A stretch of 45,023 nt of DNA from a virus. Lineage: Duplodnaviria > Caudoviricetes. The DNA lies in the IMG/VR virus record IMGVR_UViG_3300027271_000076, positions 1 through 45,023 of that record, one strand, 5' to 3'. Below the pieces are notes generated by a model. It was not told the DNA's origin, did no database searches, and saw only the letters and a list, made by a program, of their open reading frames with translations. A program made the translations under genes and the position numbers. Below, in pieces: positions 9,256 to 17,873 of this stretch. Within the stretch, counting starts at the first letter, position 1. The number at the start of each line of letters is the position of its first letter.

Positions 9256-9987
9256 ATGAGCTTCGACATGAACGACGCCGAGCCGCAGAAGAGCGGCGAA
9301 CTGATCCCCGACGGCACCTTCGCCAAGGTCACCATGACCATCCGGCCGGGCGGGACCGATGGCCAGAGCGATATCGACCGGGGGCTGCTCAAGGCCTCGA
9401 ACGCGCCCGGCAGCGACGTGCTGATGGTGGATGCCGAGTTCACCGTCGCCGAGGGTCCGCACGTCCGGCGCAAGTTCTGGCAGATGTTCACCGTCTCCGG
9501 CGGCAAAGTCGACGAGCACGGTGTCTCGATCGGCTGGAAGATCTCCAAGGGAAGCTTCCGAGCGATGATCGACAGCGCGCTCGGGCTCGATCCGCAGGAC
9601 ATGAGCGAGGTGGCGAAGTCGAAGCGGATCCTGCGCGGGCTGGCCGACCTCAACGGCATCACCTTCGTTGCCAAGATCAAGGTCGAGCCCAGCGACGACC
9701 CGCGCTACGGCGACAGCAACAAGCTCGACCGCGTGGTTCTGCCGAGCGAACCGGAATGGCGGAAGGTGATGGACGGCGAGGTCCTGGCGCCGAGCCCCAG
9801 CACCCGCGCGCGGCCGAAGGCTGTATCGCCCGCATTGCCCGCAGCCCCGGCCTGGGGGCAGCCCGCCGCATCGCCGCCTGCGAGCGCTGCCCCGGCCTGG
9901 AGCCGGCCGGCACAGCCGGGCACGGCCCCGGCAGCCGCACCTGCCGCGACGCCGGCCCCGAGTGGCCCGGCCTGGCTCAACACCTGA
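9256..9987 (+). CDS. Putative ssDNA-binding protein (DUF669-like)
   Basis: 243 aa; ELIPDGTFAKV, EFTVAEGPHVRRKFW; Pro/Ala-rich tail ending PAWLNT; lies directly after the Sak4-like gene. Confidence 0.62.
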   Translation: MSFDMNDAEPQKSGELIPDGTFAKVTMTIRPGGTDGQSDIDRGLLKASNAPGSDVLMVDAEFTVAEGPHVRRKFWQMFTVSGGKVDEHGVSIGWKISKGSFRAMIDSALGLDPQDMSEVAKSKRILRGLADLNGITFVAKIKVEPSDDPRYGDSNKLDRVVLPSEPEWRKVMDGEVLAPSPSTRARPKAVSPALPAAPAWGQPAASPPASAAPAWSRPAQPGTAPAAAPAATPAPSGPAWLNT

Positions 9988-9992
9988 CCGTC

Positions 9993-10220
9993 ATGACGGC
10001 CGATGAGTGGCAGGCGCACGTCACGCGCGAGGCAGCGAGGGCGATGGGACAATGGCTCGAAGGACGCGGAAGGCTTCACCAGCCCATCGCCGCTCTCACG
10101 CTCCCCGAACTGGAAGCCATGGCGGCGAACGCGATCGCGCGGTTCATCGTCTTGGCCTCGCACCGGATCAAGGATCAGCCGGACGACGCCGAGGACCTGA
10201 CCCGGCTCTTGCTCGGGTAG
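9993..10220 (+). CDS. Hypothetical protein
   Basis: 75 aa (MTADEWQAHVTREAARAMG...), GC-rich third positions, starts 5 nt after the SSB-like stop. Confidence 0.6.
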   Translation: MTADEWQAHVTREAARAMGQWLEGRGRLHQPIAALTLPELEAMAANAIARFIVLASHRIKDQPDDAEDLTRLLLG

Positions 10221-10576
10221 CCGTCTGCGCCGTCTGCGGACGTCAGGCGCGGGGCTTCGGCTACGTCCACCAGCTGCGCTGGGACCGCTTTCCCTACCAC
10301 CGCTTCTGCTCGATGCGCTGCCTCGACGTCGGCGCGGCGCTCGCCAACAGGAACAACGGGATGATCGACAAGACCGACATGGAGACTCGAGCGATCAAGG
10401 AGGCGCGCCGGTTTCTCGCCGAGACGCTCACCGAGCTCGACCTGATGGCGCCGTTCTACGACCGGAGCGCGGCCGAGATCGACCGCATCATCGAAGCCTG
10501 CGTCGACGGGTTTCAGGAGTCGATGCAGCGCCAGGCAGCCGCCCGCGACCCGCTCGACGACCCGATTCCCTTTTGA
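10052..10576 (+). CDS. DUF6511-like protein with CxxC...CxxxC zinc finger; start uncertain
   Basis: CAVCGRQARGFG...FCSMRC, then MIDKTDME...IIEACVDGFQ...DDPIPF. Nearest upstream ATG is 10052; an internal ATG lies at 10361. Confidence 0.6.
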   Translation: MARRTRKASPAHRRSHAPRTGSHGGERDRAVHRLGLAPDQGSAGRRRGPDPALARVAVCAVCGRQARGFGYVHQLRWDRFPYHRFCSMRCLDVGAALANRNNGMIDKTDMETRAIKEARRFLAETLTELDLMAPFYDRSAAEIDRIIEACVDGFQESMQRQAAARDPLDDPIPF

Positions 10577-10584
10577 GGTGGCGC

Positions 10585-11355
10585 ATGGGAATCGATCTCA
10601 ACCACGGCTCCGGCTTCATCTATGGCCGCATCGGCCACGCGATCAGCGTGTCCGATCGGGTCAATGCGCTGATCGATGCGGCGCTCGTCGCACGCAATCG
10701 GCGGCAGCAGCCGCGCGATTATCTCGGGGGCAGCCGGATCGGCGAGCCCTGCGCGCGCAAGCTCGTCTACGAGGTGACCCATACGCCCAAAGATGAGGGA
10801 CGGGATTTTGACGGCGCGATCCTGCGCATCTTCGACGCCGGCCACCAGTTCGAGACGCTCTCCATCCGCTGGCTGCGCGGCGCGGGCTTCGACCTTCGCA
10901 CCGAGCGCGCCGACGGCGGACAATTCGGGTTCGAGGCGGCGGGTGGCAAGCTGCGCGGCCACATCGACGGCGTGATCGTCGCCGGCCCCGATGTCGGCCT
11001 GCGCTGGCCCGTGCTCTGGGAGCACAAGGCGCTGAACGCCAAATCCTGGAACGACCTGGTCAAGCGTAGCTTGCGCGCCTCCAAGCCGGTCTACTTCGCG
11101 CAAGTCCAGCTCTACATGGGCTACCTGGAGCTGGAGACCGCCCTCGTCACGGCCCTTAACAAGGACACCGAGGCGCTCCACCACGAGGTGGTCGCGTTCG
11201 ATCCGCCCTGCGCGCAGGCGCTGTCCGACAAGGCCGTCGATATCCTGCGCGCCGCGGCAGCCCGCGAACTCCCCCCGCGCATCGCCGCAGCCCGGGACTT
11301 CTATCTCTGCCGCATGTGCGCCTATGCGGAGCGCTGCTGGGAGGGCGAGCGATGA
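10585..11355 (+). CDS. Cas4-like PD-(D/E)XK exonuclease
   Basis: 256 aa; YLGGSRIGEPC, GHIDG, WEHK, AQVQLYM and C-terminal CRMCAYAERC (four-Cys Fe-S pattern). Confidence 0.82.
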   Translation: MGIDLNHGSGFIYGRIGHAISVSDRVNALIDAALVARNRRQQPRDYLGGSRIGEPCARKLVYEVTHTPKDEGRDFDGAILRIFDAGHQFETLSIRWLRGAGFDLRTERADGGQFGFEAAGGKLRGHIDGVIVAGPDVGLRWPVLWEHKALNAKSWNDLVKRSLRASKPVYFAQVQLYMGYLELETALVTALNKDTEALHHEVVAFDPPCAQALSDKAVDILRAAAARELPPRIAAARDFYLCRMCAYAERCWEGER

Positions 11356-12632
11356 GCTTCATCCCGTCTCCGCAGCAGGCGGCGGCAATCGCCGCGATCG
11401 AGGACTGGTTTCGGCGCCGCACGCGCGATCAGCAGGTGTTCCGCCTGTTCGGTTACGCAGGAACGGGCAAGACCACCATCACCCGGCATGCAATCGGCGA
11501 GCTCGGTCTCGAACCGATGGATCGCACGGGTGGTGCGGGCGGCGTGCTCTATGCCGCCTTCACTGGCAAAGCGGCCCTGGTGATGACCCGGAAGGGAACG
11601 CCGGCCTCGACGATTCATAGCCTGATCTACAAGGTCTCCGAGGCGACACCGGAAGAAATCGAGCGCGTCACCCGCGAGTTGGAGACGCTGCGCAAAGGCT
11701 TGCGGAGCATGGGACCGGCCGAGCGCTCCTTCGCCGAGACCCAGATCCGCCGCCTCGAGCTCCGGCTCGCCGACATCCATCAGCCCCGTTTCATTCTGAA
11801 CGAGCAGTCGCTGGTCCGCGACGCCGACCTGATCGTGCTCGACGAGGTCTCCATGGTCGGCGCCGAGATGGCGAGCGATCTGCTCGCCTTCGGTAAGCCG
11901 ATCCTGGTGCTCGGCGACCCCGGCCAGTTGCCGCCGATCAAGGGCGACGGCGCCTTCACCGATGCCGATCCCGACGTGATGCTGACCGACATCCATCGCC
12001 AGGCCGAGACCAGCGCCATCATCCGTCTCGCCACACTCGCGCGGCAGAGCGTGCCCATTCCCTACGGCGAGCACGATGACTTCGTCTGGAAGATGCGGTG
12101 CTCCGACATCGGCCCGCATCAATTCCTCAAGGGCGGCCAGGTGATCTGCGGTCGCAACGCGACGCGGCTCTTTCTGAATACCGCGATGAAGCAGGCGGCC
12201 GGCTTTCCGGGCGCTTACCCGCGCGGGCTCGGCGAGAAGATCATCTGCCTCAAGAACCGGCACGATCTCGGTCTCGTCAACGGCATGTTCCTCGACCTAT
12301 CGGACATCCGCGACGAAAGCCCGCTCGCCTTCAGCGCGTCGGTGCGCACCGAGGACGGGACAAGCGTTCCCGGCCGCCAGTGGTTCTACAAGGGGCATTT
12401 CGACGACCACGTCGCCTACGACGCCGAGCGCCTGCGCCGCGATTGGCGCGACATGCGGGGACTTGTCGAGAGCGTCTGGGGCTACGCCATCACCTGCCAC
12501 AAGGCCCAAGGGTCGCAGTGGGAGAACGTGATCGTCTACGACGACGGTCTCGGGCGGACCGCCGAGGACCGCGCCCGCTGGCTCTACACCGCCATCACGC
12601 GTGCGGAGCAAGGGCTGGTGATCCTTGATTGA
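11352..12632 (+). CDS. RecD/Dda-like SF1B helicase
   Basis: 426 aa; GYAGTGKT, AFTGKAA, DEVSM, GDPGQLPP, HRQA, YAITCHKAQGSQW, LYTAITRA. Confidence 0.9.
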   Translation: MSFIPSPQQAAAIAAIEDWFRRRTRDQQVFRLFGYAGTGKTTITRHAIGELGLEPMDRTGGAGGVLYAAFTGKAALVMTRKGTPASTIHSLIYKVSEATPEEIERVTRELETLRKGLRSMGPAERSFAETQIRRLELRLADIHQPRFILNEQSLVRDADLIVLDEVSMVGAEMASDLLAFGKPILVLGDPGQLPPIKGDGAFTDADPDVMLTDIHRQAETSAIIRLATLARQSVPIPYGEHDDFVWKMRCSDIGPHQFLKGGQVICGRNATRLFLNTAMKQAAGFPGAYPRGLGEKIICLKNRHDLGLVNGMFLDLSDIRDESPLAFSASVRTEDGTSVPGRQWFYKGHFDDHVAYDAERLRRDWRDMRGLVESVWGYAITCHKAQGSQWENVIVYDDGLGRTAEDRARWLYTAITRAEQGLVILD

Positions 12633-15552
12633 CTTCAACGACATCGCACCCGCCAGAACGCCTGCGGTTCATTACGATCTCGACGCCATCGTGGCCGGCC
12701 TGCGTGACAGAACCGACGTCTGGGTGCCGCAGCACTTTCCAAACGGCCGTCGCAACGGTGACGAATGGCGTCTCGCCAACATCAATGGCGGGGCGCCGCG
12801 AAAGAACGGTTCCTGCGTGATCACGCTCAGAGGCGAGCACGCCGGCGGCTGGATCGACTTCGACGGCGGCCAGGGCGGCGGGCCGCTGAGCACGCTGGAA
12901 CAGGCGACCGGCCTCAAGGGCCGCGACCTCTTCGCCTATGCCGCCGATCTGGTCGGATGGTCGGCCGCGGCGCCAGCGCGTCGCGAACCGTCGGCGGCTT
13001 CCGCGAGGCCGGAGAAAGACTCTGCCCGAGAAATCGAGATCATCCTCTCCCGGGCCATCCCGATCGCCGGCACACCGGGGGAGGCCTATCTGCGCGCACG
13101 AGGGCTCGCGGTCCCGCCACCGTGCGACCTCCTGTTCCATCCGGATCTCGCGCATTGGGATACGAGGACCGGTTTCCCGGCCATCGTCGGCCTGGTTCGC
13201 GATCGCGCCGGCAGCGTGGTTGCCCTGCACCGCATCTACCTGCGCCCGGATGGGGCGGCGAAAGCCGAGGTTGAAAAGCCGAAGAAGATGCTGGGCCGGG
13301 TCGGCGGCGGCGCCGTGCGGCTGGCGCCGATCGGCGACGACGCTGTCCTTGGTCTCAGCGAAGGGATCGAGACGGCGCTCGCCGTGATGACGGCCTGCCC
13401 GGGCATGGCGGTGTGGGCAGCGCTCTCGGCCACCAATCTCGAACAGGTCGTCCTGCCGCCAGATGCCCGGCGTGTCGTGCTGCTCGCCGACCACGATGCG
13501 TCGGGAGCGGGCCTTCGTGCAGCCGAGGCGGCGGCGCGGCGTCTCCTCGCGGAAGGCCGCAGCGTCGCCATCGCCCTGCCGCGGGCGGAAGGCGAGGACT
13601 TCAACGACGTCCTGTTGCACGACGGCGCGGATGCGGTCCGTCAGATCATCGACGCGGCCGAGCCGTGTGCAGTGGCGGATGGCACGGATGCGCAGGATGG
13701 CGCCCGAAACCGCCCGATCGGCTTCGTCGAGCCGCCGGGCCGCTTGCCGCAACTGCGCGCCGATGAGGGCGATCTCGCCCGCGCCCACGCACGCAGCTGG
13801 AGTCTGCTGCTCGCGTCGAACAGGACGCCTTGGCTCTTTCGCAGCGGCGGCATGCCGACCTGGGCCGTGCATGACGATGACGGCCTGCCCATGGCCCGGC
13901 CCGTCACGGAAGAGCGCCTGCGCCACATGCTGGCCAAGCTCGCCGATTGGCGGCGTCTGGCGCGCAATGGCGATCTCGTTCCCGCGCATCCGCCGACGCC
14001 GCTCATCAAATCGCTGCTGGCGACGCCCGATCCCGGCCTGCCGGTCCTGGCGGGGATCGTCACCACGCCGGTCTTCGGCCGCAATGGCGCCCTCCTGACC
14101 GAGCCCGGTTACCACCCCGATGCGCGGCTGCTCTACCAGCCAACACCAGGCTTTGCCGTGCCGCAGGTGCCGGAGCGCCCGTCGCCGGCGGAGATCGCGA
14201 CCGCGCGCAGTCTCATCGTCGACGACATGCTCGGCGAGTTCCCCTTCACCGGCTACGCGGAGCGGGCGCATGCCGTTGCCTTGATGCTGCTCGGCTTTCT
14301 TCGCGCCATGATCGACGCACCGACGCCGCTTCATCTGATCGAGAAGCCGACACCCGGCACCGGCGCGACCCTGATGGTCGACGCGATCGCGACCGTGCTC
14401 ACCGGCGTCAGCGCCTCCGTGATGACCGAGGGCCGCGACGACGAAGAGTGGCGCAAGCGGCTGACCGCCAAGCTGCGCCAGATTCCCTCGATCGTGCTCA
14501 TCGACAATCTGCGTCACCCGCTAGACTCCTCGGCGCTCGCGGCAGCACTCACCGCGCCCTTCTGGGAGGACCGCATTCTTGGCGCGTCCGAGATGACGCG
14601 ATTGCCTATCCGCTGCGTCTGGATCGCGACCGGCAACAATCCCGAATTCTCCAACGAGATGGCGCGCCGCATCGTGCGCATCCGGCTCGATGCTCGTGTG
14701 GATCAACCCTGGCGGCGCGAGGGGTTCCGCCACCCCGATCTCATGAGCTGGGTTCGCGCCAACCGGCCGCGCATTGTCGCGGCCTGCCTCACATTGTGCC
14801 GGGCGTGGCTGGCCGCCGGCAGGCCACGGGGCGCGCGCATGATCGGCAGCTACGAGAGCTGGTCGCGCATCATGGGCGGCGTCCTTGAGGTCGCCGGGAT
14901 CGAAGGCTTTCTCGCCAACCTCGACGAGATGCTCGCTGCCGCCGATGGCGAGGGCGCGATCTGGCGCAGCTTCATCGGCGGCTGGTGGGACCGCTTCGGG
15001 ACGGCGGAGGTCGGCACCGGCGATCTCTACGAGGTGGCGTTGGCCTGCGAGCCCCCGCTGCCGCTGGGCGCCGGGGGCGACCGGTCACAGCGCACACGGC
15101 TCGGCAAGGCGCTCGCCCGCATGCGCGACCGGGTGTTCGATATCGACGGCCGCAAGATGCGCGTGCGCACGCTGGGCGTCTCCCATCAGGCCAAGCGCTG
15201 GCAGCTCACGATCGAAGGGGAACGTGGGGAACGTTTTCCGCAGGGTGTCGAGGCTCAAGCCGGGGAACGTTGCGCCGAAAAGGGGAACGTCGAAAACCAA
15301 CGTTCCCCGGTACAACCCATTGAAACCAATAGCAAAGGGGAACGTGGGGAACATGGGGAACGTTTTTCGACACTAACGCATGTGCGCGGCTGCGCCCACG
15401 CGATGGAGGATGGGGAAAAACGTTCCCCACCTTCGTCACCTTCCCAAAGCGCTTGTCCGTCAACGGCTTGTACCGGGGAACATGCGGGGGAACGTCCCTC
15501 ACCACGTTCCCCGAACGGCGCCGCGCCGGACTGGCTCAAGGAGGTGCTCTGA
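12625..15552 (+). CDS. Primase-helicase (TOPRIM + P-loop domain)
   Basis: 975 aa, TTG start; YLRARGL, GGAVRL, EGIETAL, LADHDASGAG, DFND (TOPRIM); PTPGTGAT, LIDN, ATGNN (helicase-like). Confidence 0.85.
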   Translation: MIDFNDIAPARTPAVHYDLDAIVAGLRDRTDVWVPQHFPNGRRNGDEWRLANINGGAPRKNGSCVITLRGEHAGGWIDFDGGQGGGPLSTLEQATGLKGRDLFAYAADLVGWSAAAPARREPSAASARPEKDSAREIEIILSRAIPIAGTPGEAYLRARGLAVPPPCDLLFHPDLAHWDTRTGFPAIVGLVRDRAGSVVALHRIYLRPDGAAKAEVEKPKKMLGRVGGGAVRLAPIGDDAVLGLSEGIETALAVMTACPGMAVWAALSATNLEQVVLPPDARRVVLLADHDASGAGLRAAEAAARRLLAEGRSVAIALPRAEGEDFNDVLLHDGADAVRQIIDAAEPCAVADGTDAQDGARNRPIGFVEPPGRLPQLRADEGDLARAHARSWSLLLASNRTPWLFRSGGMPTWAVHDDDGLPMARPVTEERLRHMLAKLADWRRLARNGDLVPAHPPTPLIKSLLATPDPGLPVLAGIVTTPVFGRNGALLTEPGYHPDARLLYQPTPGFAVPQVPERPSPAEIATARSLIVDDMLGEFPFTGYAERAHAVALMLLGFLRAMIDAPTPLHLIEKPTPGTGATLMVDAIATVLTGVSASVMTEGRDDEEWRKRLTAKLRQIPSIVLIDNLRHPLDSSALAAALTAPFWEDRILGASEMTRLPIRCVWIATGNNPEFSNEMARRIVRIRLDARVDQPWRREGFRHPDLMSWVRANRPRIVAACLTLCRAWLAAGRPRGARMIGSYESWSRIMGGVLEVAGIEGFLANLDEMLAAADGEGAIWRSFIGGWWDRFGTAEVGTGDLYEVALACEPPLPLGAGGDRSQRTRLGKALARMRDRVFDIDGRKMRVRTLGVSHQAKRWQLTIEGERGERFPQGVEAQAGERCAEKGNVENQRSPVQPIETNSKGERGEHGERFSTLTHVRGCAHAMEDGEKRSPPSSPSQSACPSTACTGEHAGERPSPRSPNGAAPDWLKEVL
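15217..15512. repeat. Cluster of 12 GGGGAAC(G/A)T 9-mers, putative iteron origin of replication
   Basis: Direct GGGGAACGT at 15217, 15226, 15262, 15282, 15337, 15355, 15487; GGGGAACAT at 15346, 15475; inverted ACGTTCCCC at 15300, 15420, 15504; A-rich spacer 15309-15336. Confidence 0.8.
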
Positions 15553-15659
15553 TGGGCATGCTCCGTCAACTCGGCCGTCTCCAGGCGGCAGCGACCGGTC
15601 CGCCGCGATGGGTCTTCGATCGGAAACCCGACCCTTGCTCGCGCTCCTTGGAGACAATC

Positions 15660-16199
15660 ATGATTTCGACCATCGAAACCGGCCCCGCCGCAGCAGGGGC
15701 CATCGCATTCCGTCCGCATCCGGCTCATGCGCATCGCGCCATTCTCAGCCTCGATCTCGGCACTACGACCGGCTGGGCACTGCGCAGCCATGACGGCCTG
15801 ATCACGAGCGGCACGGTCTCGTTCCGGCCGAGCCGCTATGACGGTGGCGGCATGCGCTACCTGCGCTTCCGAAGCTGGCTGGACCGGATCGCTGCCGACG
15901 CCGGCGGTCTCGCGGCGATCTATTTCGAGGAGGTTCGTCGGCATGTCGGCACCGACGCGGCCCATCTCTATGGCGGTTTCCTGGCAACGCTGAGCGCGTG
16001 GTGTGAGCAGCGGACGATCGCCTATCAGGGCGTTCCCGTCGGCACGATCAAGCGGCACGTCGCCGCCAAGGGCAACGCCGACAAGGCCGCCGTCATGGCC
16101 GTCGTTCGCGCCCGCGGCTTCTCACCCGCGGACGATAATGAAGCCGACGCCATCGCCATCCTGCTGTGGGCCATCGAGACCGAGGGAGGTGTGCGATGA
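15660..16199 (+). CDS. RuvC-like Holliday junction resolvase
   Basis: 179 aa with GGAG RBS; ILSLDLGTTTGWA, FEEV, GNADK, DDNEADAIA. Confidence 0.8.
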   Translation: MISTIETGPAAAGAIAFRPHPAHAHRAILSLDLGTTTGWALRSHDGLITSGTVSFRPSRYDGGGMRYLRFRSWLDRIAADAGGLAAIYFEEVRRHVGTDAAHLYGGFLATLSAWCEQRTIAYQGVPVGTIKRHVAAKGNADKAAVMAVVRARGFSPADDNEADAIAILLWAIETEGGVR

Positions 16200-16453
16200 G
16201 CGGGGAGACGATGCTCAAACATGCCGCGTCGGTCGTCGCCGAGCGCCGCAAGATATACGGCGAGCCGGCCGCCGCGATGGCCGTGGTCGCCAGACGCTGG
16301 TCGATCACGCTCGGCCGGCCCATCACGCCGGCGGAGGTCGTACTCTGCCTCATCGATCTGAAGCTGGCGCGGCTCGGGCACGATCCGAAGCATCAGGATT
16401 CGATCCTCGACATCGCCGGCTATGCAGCGGTGCTGCAGGAGGTCGGACGATGA
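16196..16453 (+). CDS. DUF6378-like protein
   Basis: 85 aa; RRKIYG, LKLARL, DSILDIAGYA; ATGA overlaps at both ends. Confidence 0.75.
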   Translation: MSGETMLKHAASVVAERRKIYGEPAAAMAVVARRWSITLGRPITPAEVVLCLIDLKLARLGHDPKHQDSILDIAGYAAVLQEVGR

Positions 16454-16650
16454 GATGGCTGCCGAAAGGATATGGCGGCGAACGCCGGTCGGCCGAAGAG
16501 GTCAAGCGGGAGGGTTGGCGCGAGCAGGGCCTCCTCGTCGTCAGCCCCACCGATCCGCGCCTCACCTGGCCCGAGCGAGAACTGGTTCGCCAGCTCGGCG
16601 AGAAGCTCTATGGCGGACGGCGCCTGCCGACGGAGCAACAGCATGGCTGA
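16450..16650 (+). CDS. Hypothetical phage protein
   Basis: 66 aa (MRWLPKGYGGERR...VKREGWREQG); GGAGG RBS, ATGA overlap. Confidence 0.7.
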   Translation: MRWLPKGYGGERRSAEEVKREGWREQGLLVVSPTDPRLTWPERELVRQLGEKLYGGRRLPTEQQHG

Positions 16651-17083
16651 TTGGACTCGCGAACAGGTCGAGGAGCGGCTGATCGAAGCTGCTGACGTCA
16701 TGAAGCGCCTCCCCGAGGTTCGGGTGCAGGGGTATTTCTCGGTGTGGCCGAAGATCGTGCATGAGTTCGCTGATCTCGTCGGTCAAGAGCCGCCGCGCAT
16801 GAAGCGTCCGCCGCCCTTGCCCGACGCCATCAGCCGCATGGAGGCGACGCTGCCCTGGCTGCGATGGCTGGAGTCCGACGATGCCCGGCTTGTCTGGGCG
16901 CGCGCCGAGGGCACGCCGTGGAAGCCGATCTGCTGGCGCTTCGGGATCTCCCGCGCCACCGCGTGCCGTCGCTGGGAGTACGGCCTCAGCGTCATCACCT
17001 GGAAGCTGAATGGACAGCAAGTGCCGGCGAAACGTTCGCGCGCTTTCCTCGTCGACCGAGTTCGGTCGTCAAGTTCATTTTGA
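16643..17083 (+). CDS. DUF6362-like HTH protein, putative late-gene regulator
   Basis: 146 aa; VEERLIEAA, ISRMEATLPWLRWL, sigma4-like WKPICWRFGISRATACRRW; last gene of the early operon (the Q-like position). Confidence 0.7.
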   Translation: MADWTREQVEERLIEAADVMKRLPEVRVQGYFSVWPKIVHEFADLVGQEPPRMKRPPPLPDAISRMEATLPWLRWLESDDARLVWARAEGTPWKPICWRFGISRATACRRWEYGLSVITWKLNGQQVPAKRSRAFLVDRVRSSSSF

Positions 17084-17087
17084 TGCG

Positions 17088-17124
17088 TGAGACAATTTTC
17101 GCTGAGACATTTCCCGGCGAGACA
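17088..17124 (+). promoter_or_regulatory. Three (T/C)GAGACA direct repeats with 15-bp period, candidate late-control site
   Basis: TGAGACA 17088, TGAGACA 17103, CGAGACA 17118, immediately after the DUF6362-like gene. Confidence 0.5.
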
Positions 17125-17217
17125 CAGATCGGCGATTTGGGTTAGTTCTCGGGTATGCTCGGGCGAGCCGCGTGCGGCCGCGGTTTCGAAGTCTTCCGCA
17201 CCCGAAAGAACACCCGG

Positions 17218-17574
17218 TCAGGCGGCGTTGCGAGGAGCGACCTCCTGCTCGATCTTGCGCCGCGTAGTGCGGTCGGCAACATCGAGATCGTAGCGGGCCT
17301 GCAGATTGATCCAGAACTCCGGCGATGTGCCGAAATAGCGCGCGAGGCGCATGGCCGTGTCGGTCGTGATCGCGCGACGCCCAAGCAGGACATCGTTGAC
17401 CCGCGAGCGTGGCGCCTTGATCGCGTTGGCGAGTTCGTAGGCGCTCATCCCCAACGGAGTCAGGAACTCATCACGCAGGATTTCTCCCGGATGGACTGGC
17501 GGCAGACGACGGCCCGTCGTCACCTCCGAGAAATCGACGATGCGCCTGTCGAGATCCTCACGCTTGATGGTCAT
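17218..17574 (-). CDS. higA: HigA family antitoxin
   Basis: PPVHPGEILRDEFL...AITTDTAMRLARYFGTSPEFWINLQARYDL. GAGGAG RBS spacing favours ATG 17574 (alternatives 17580/17583). Confidence 0.92.
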   Translation of the reverse strand: MTIKREDLDRRIVDFSEVTTGRRLPPVHPGEILRDEFLTPLGMSAYELANAIKAPRSRVNDVLLGRRAITTDTAMRLARYFGTSPEFWINLQARYDLDVADRTTRRKIEQEVAPRNAA

Positions 17575-17586
17575 GGTCATCACTCC

Positions 17587-17868
17587 TCAGTGGTAGTCGA
17601 CAATCTCGACCTCCCACGCCTCGTTGTCGCGCCAGACAAAACAGATCCGCCACTGGTCGTTGACGCGGATGCTGTGTTGACCCTGCCGGTCACCGTGCAG
17701 CGCTTCCAGGCGATTGCCGGGCGGCACCCGCAGATCGTCCAGCAGTGTGGCCGCATCGATCGCCAGCAGCTTGGCGCGAGCCCGCCGCTGGATTTGCTGC
17801 GGCAGGTCGCGGACGGCGTAGCCAGCGAAGATCGCCGCTGTGCGTTTGTCGGCAAAGCTCTTGATCAC
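17587..17868 (-). CDS. higB: HigB (RelE-like) toxin
   Basis: 93 aa; MIKSFADK...DLRVPPGNRLEALHGDRQGQHSIRVNDQWRICFVW...VEIVDYH. Confidence 0.93.
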   Translation of the reverse strand: MIKSFADKRTAAIFAGYAVRDLPQQIQRRARAKLLAIDAATLLDDLRVPPGNRLEALHGDRQGQHSIRVNDQWRICFVWRDNEAWEVEIVDYH

Positions 17869-17873
17869 GGCAA

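Noticed and set aside
9780-9987. Repeated GCCCCGGCCTGG-type sequence as a DNA element
   Set aside because: All copies are in frame and encode PAW repeats of a low-complexity SSB-like tail.
15217-15512. CRISPR array (repeats plus a Cas4-like gene nearby)
   Set aside because: The units are 9 bp, irregularly spaced, in both orientations and inside a CDS; there are no spacers and no cas1/cas2.
15552-15659. N-terminal extension of the RuvC-like gene from ATG 15552
   Set aside because: Possible through TGATG coupling, but ATG 15660 has its own GGAG RBS and gives a more typical length.
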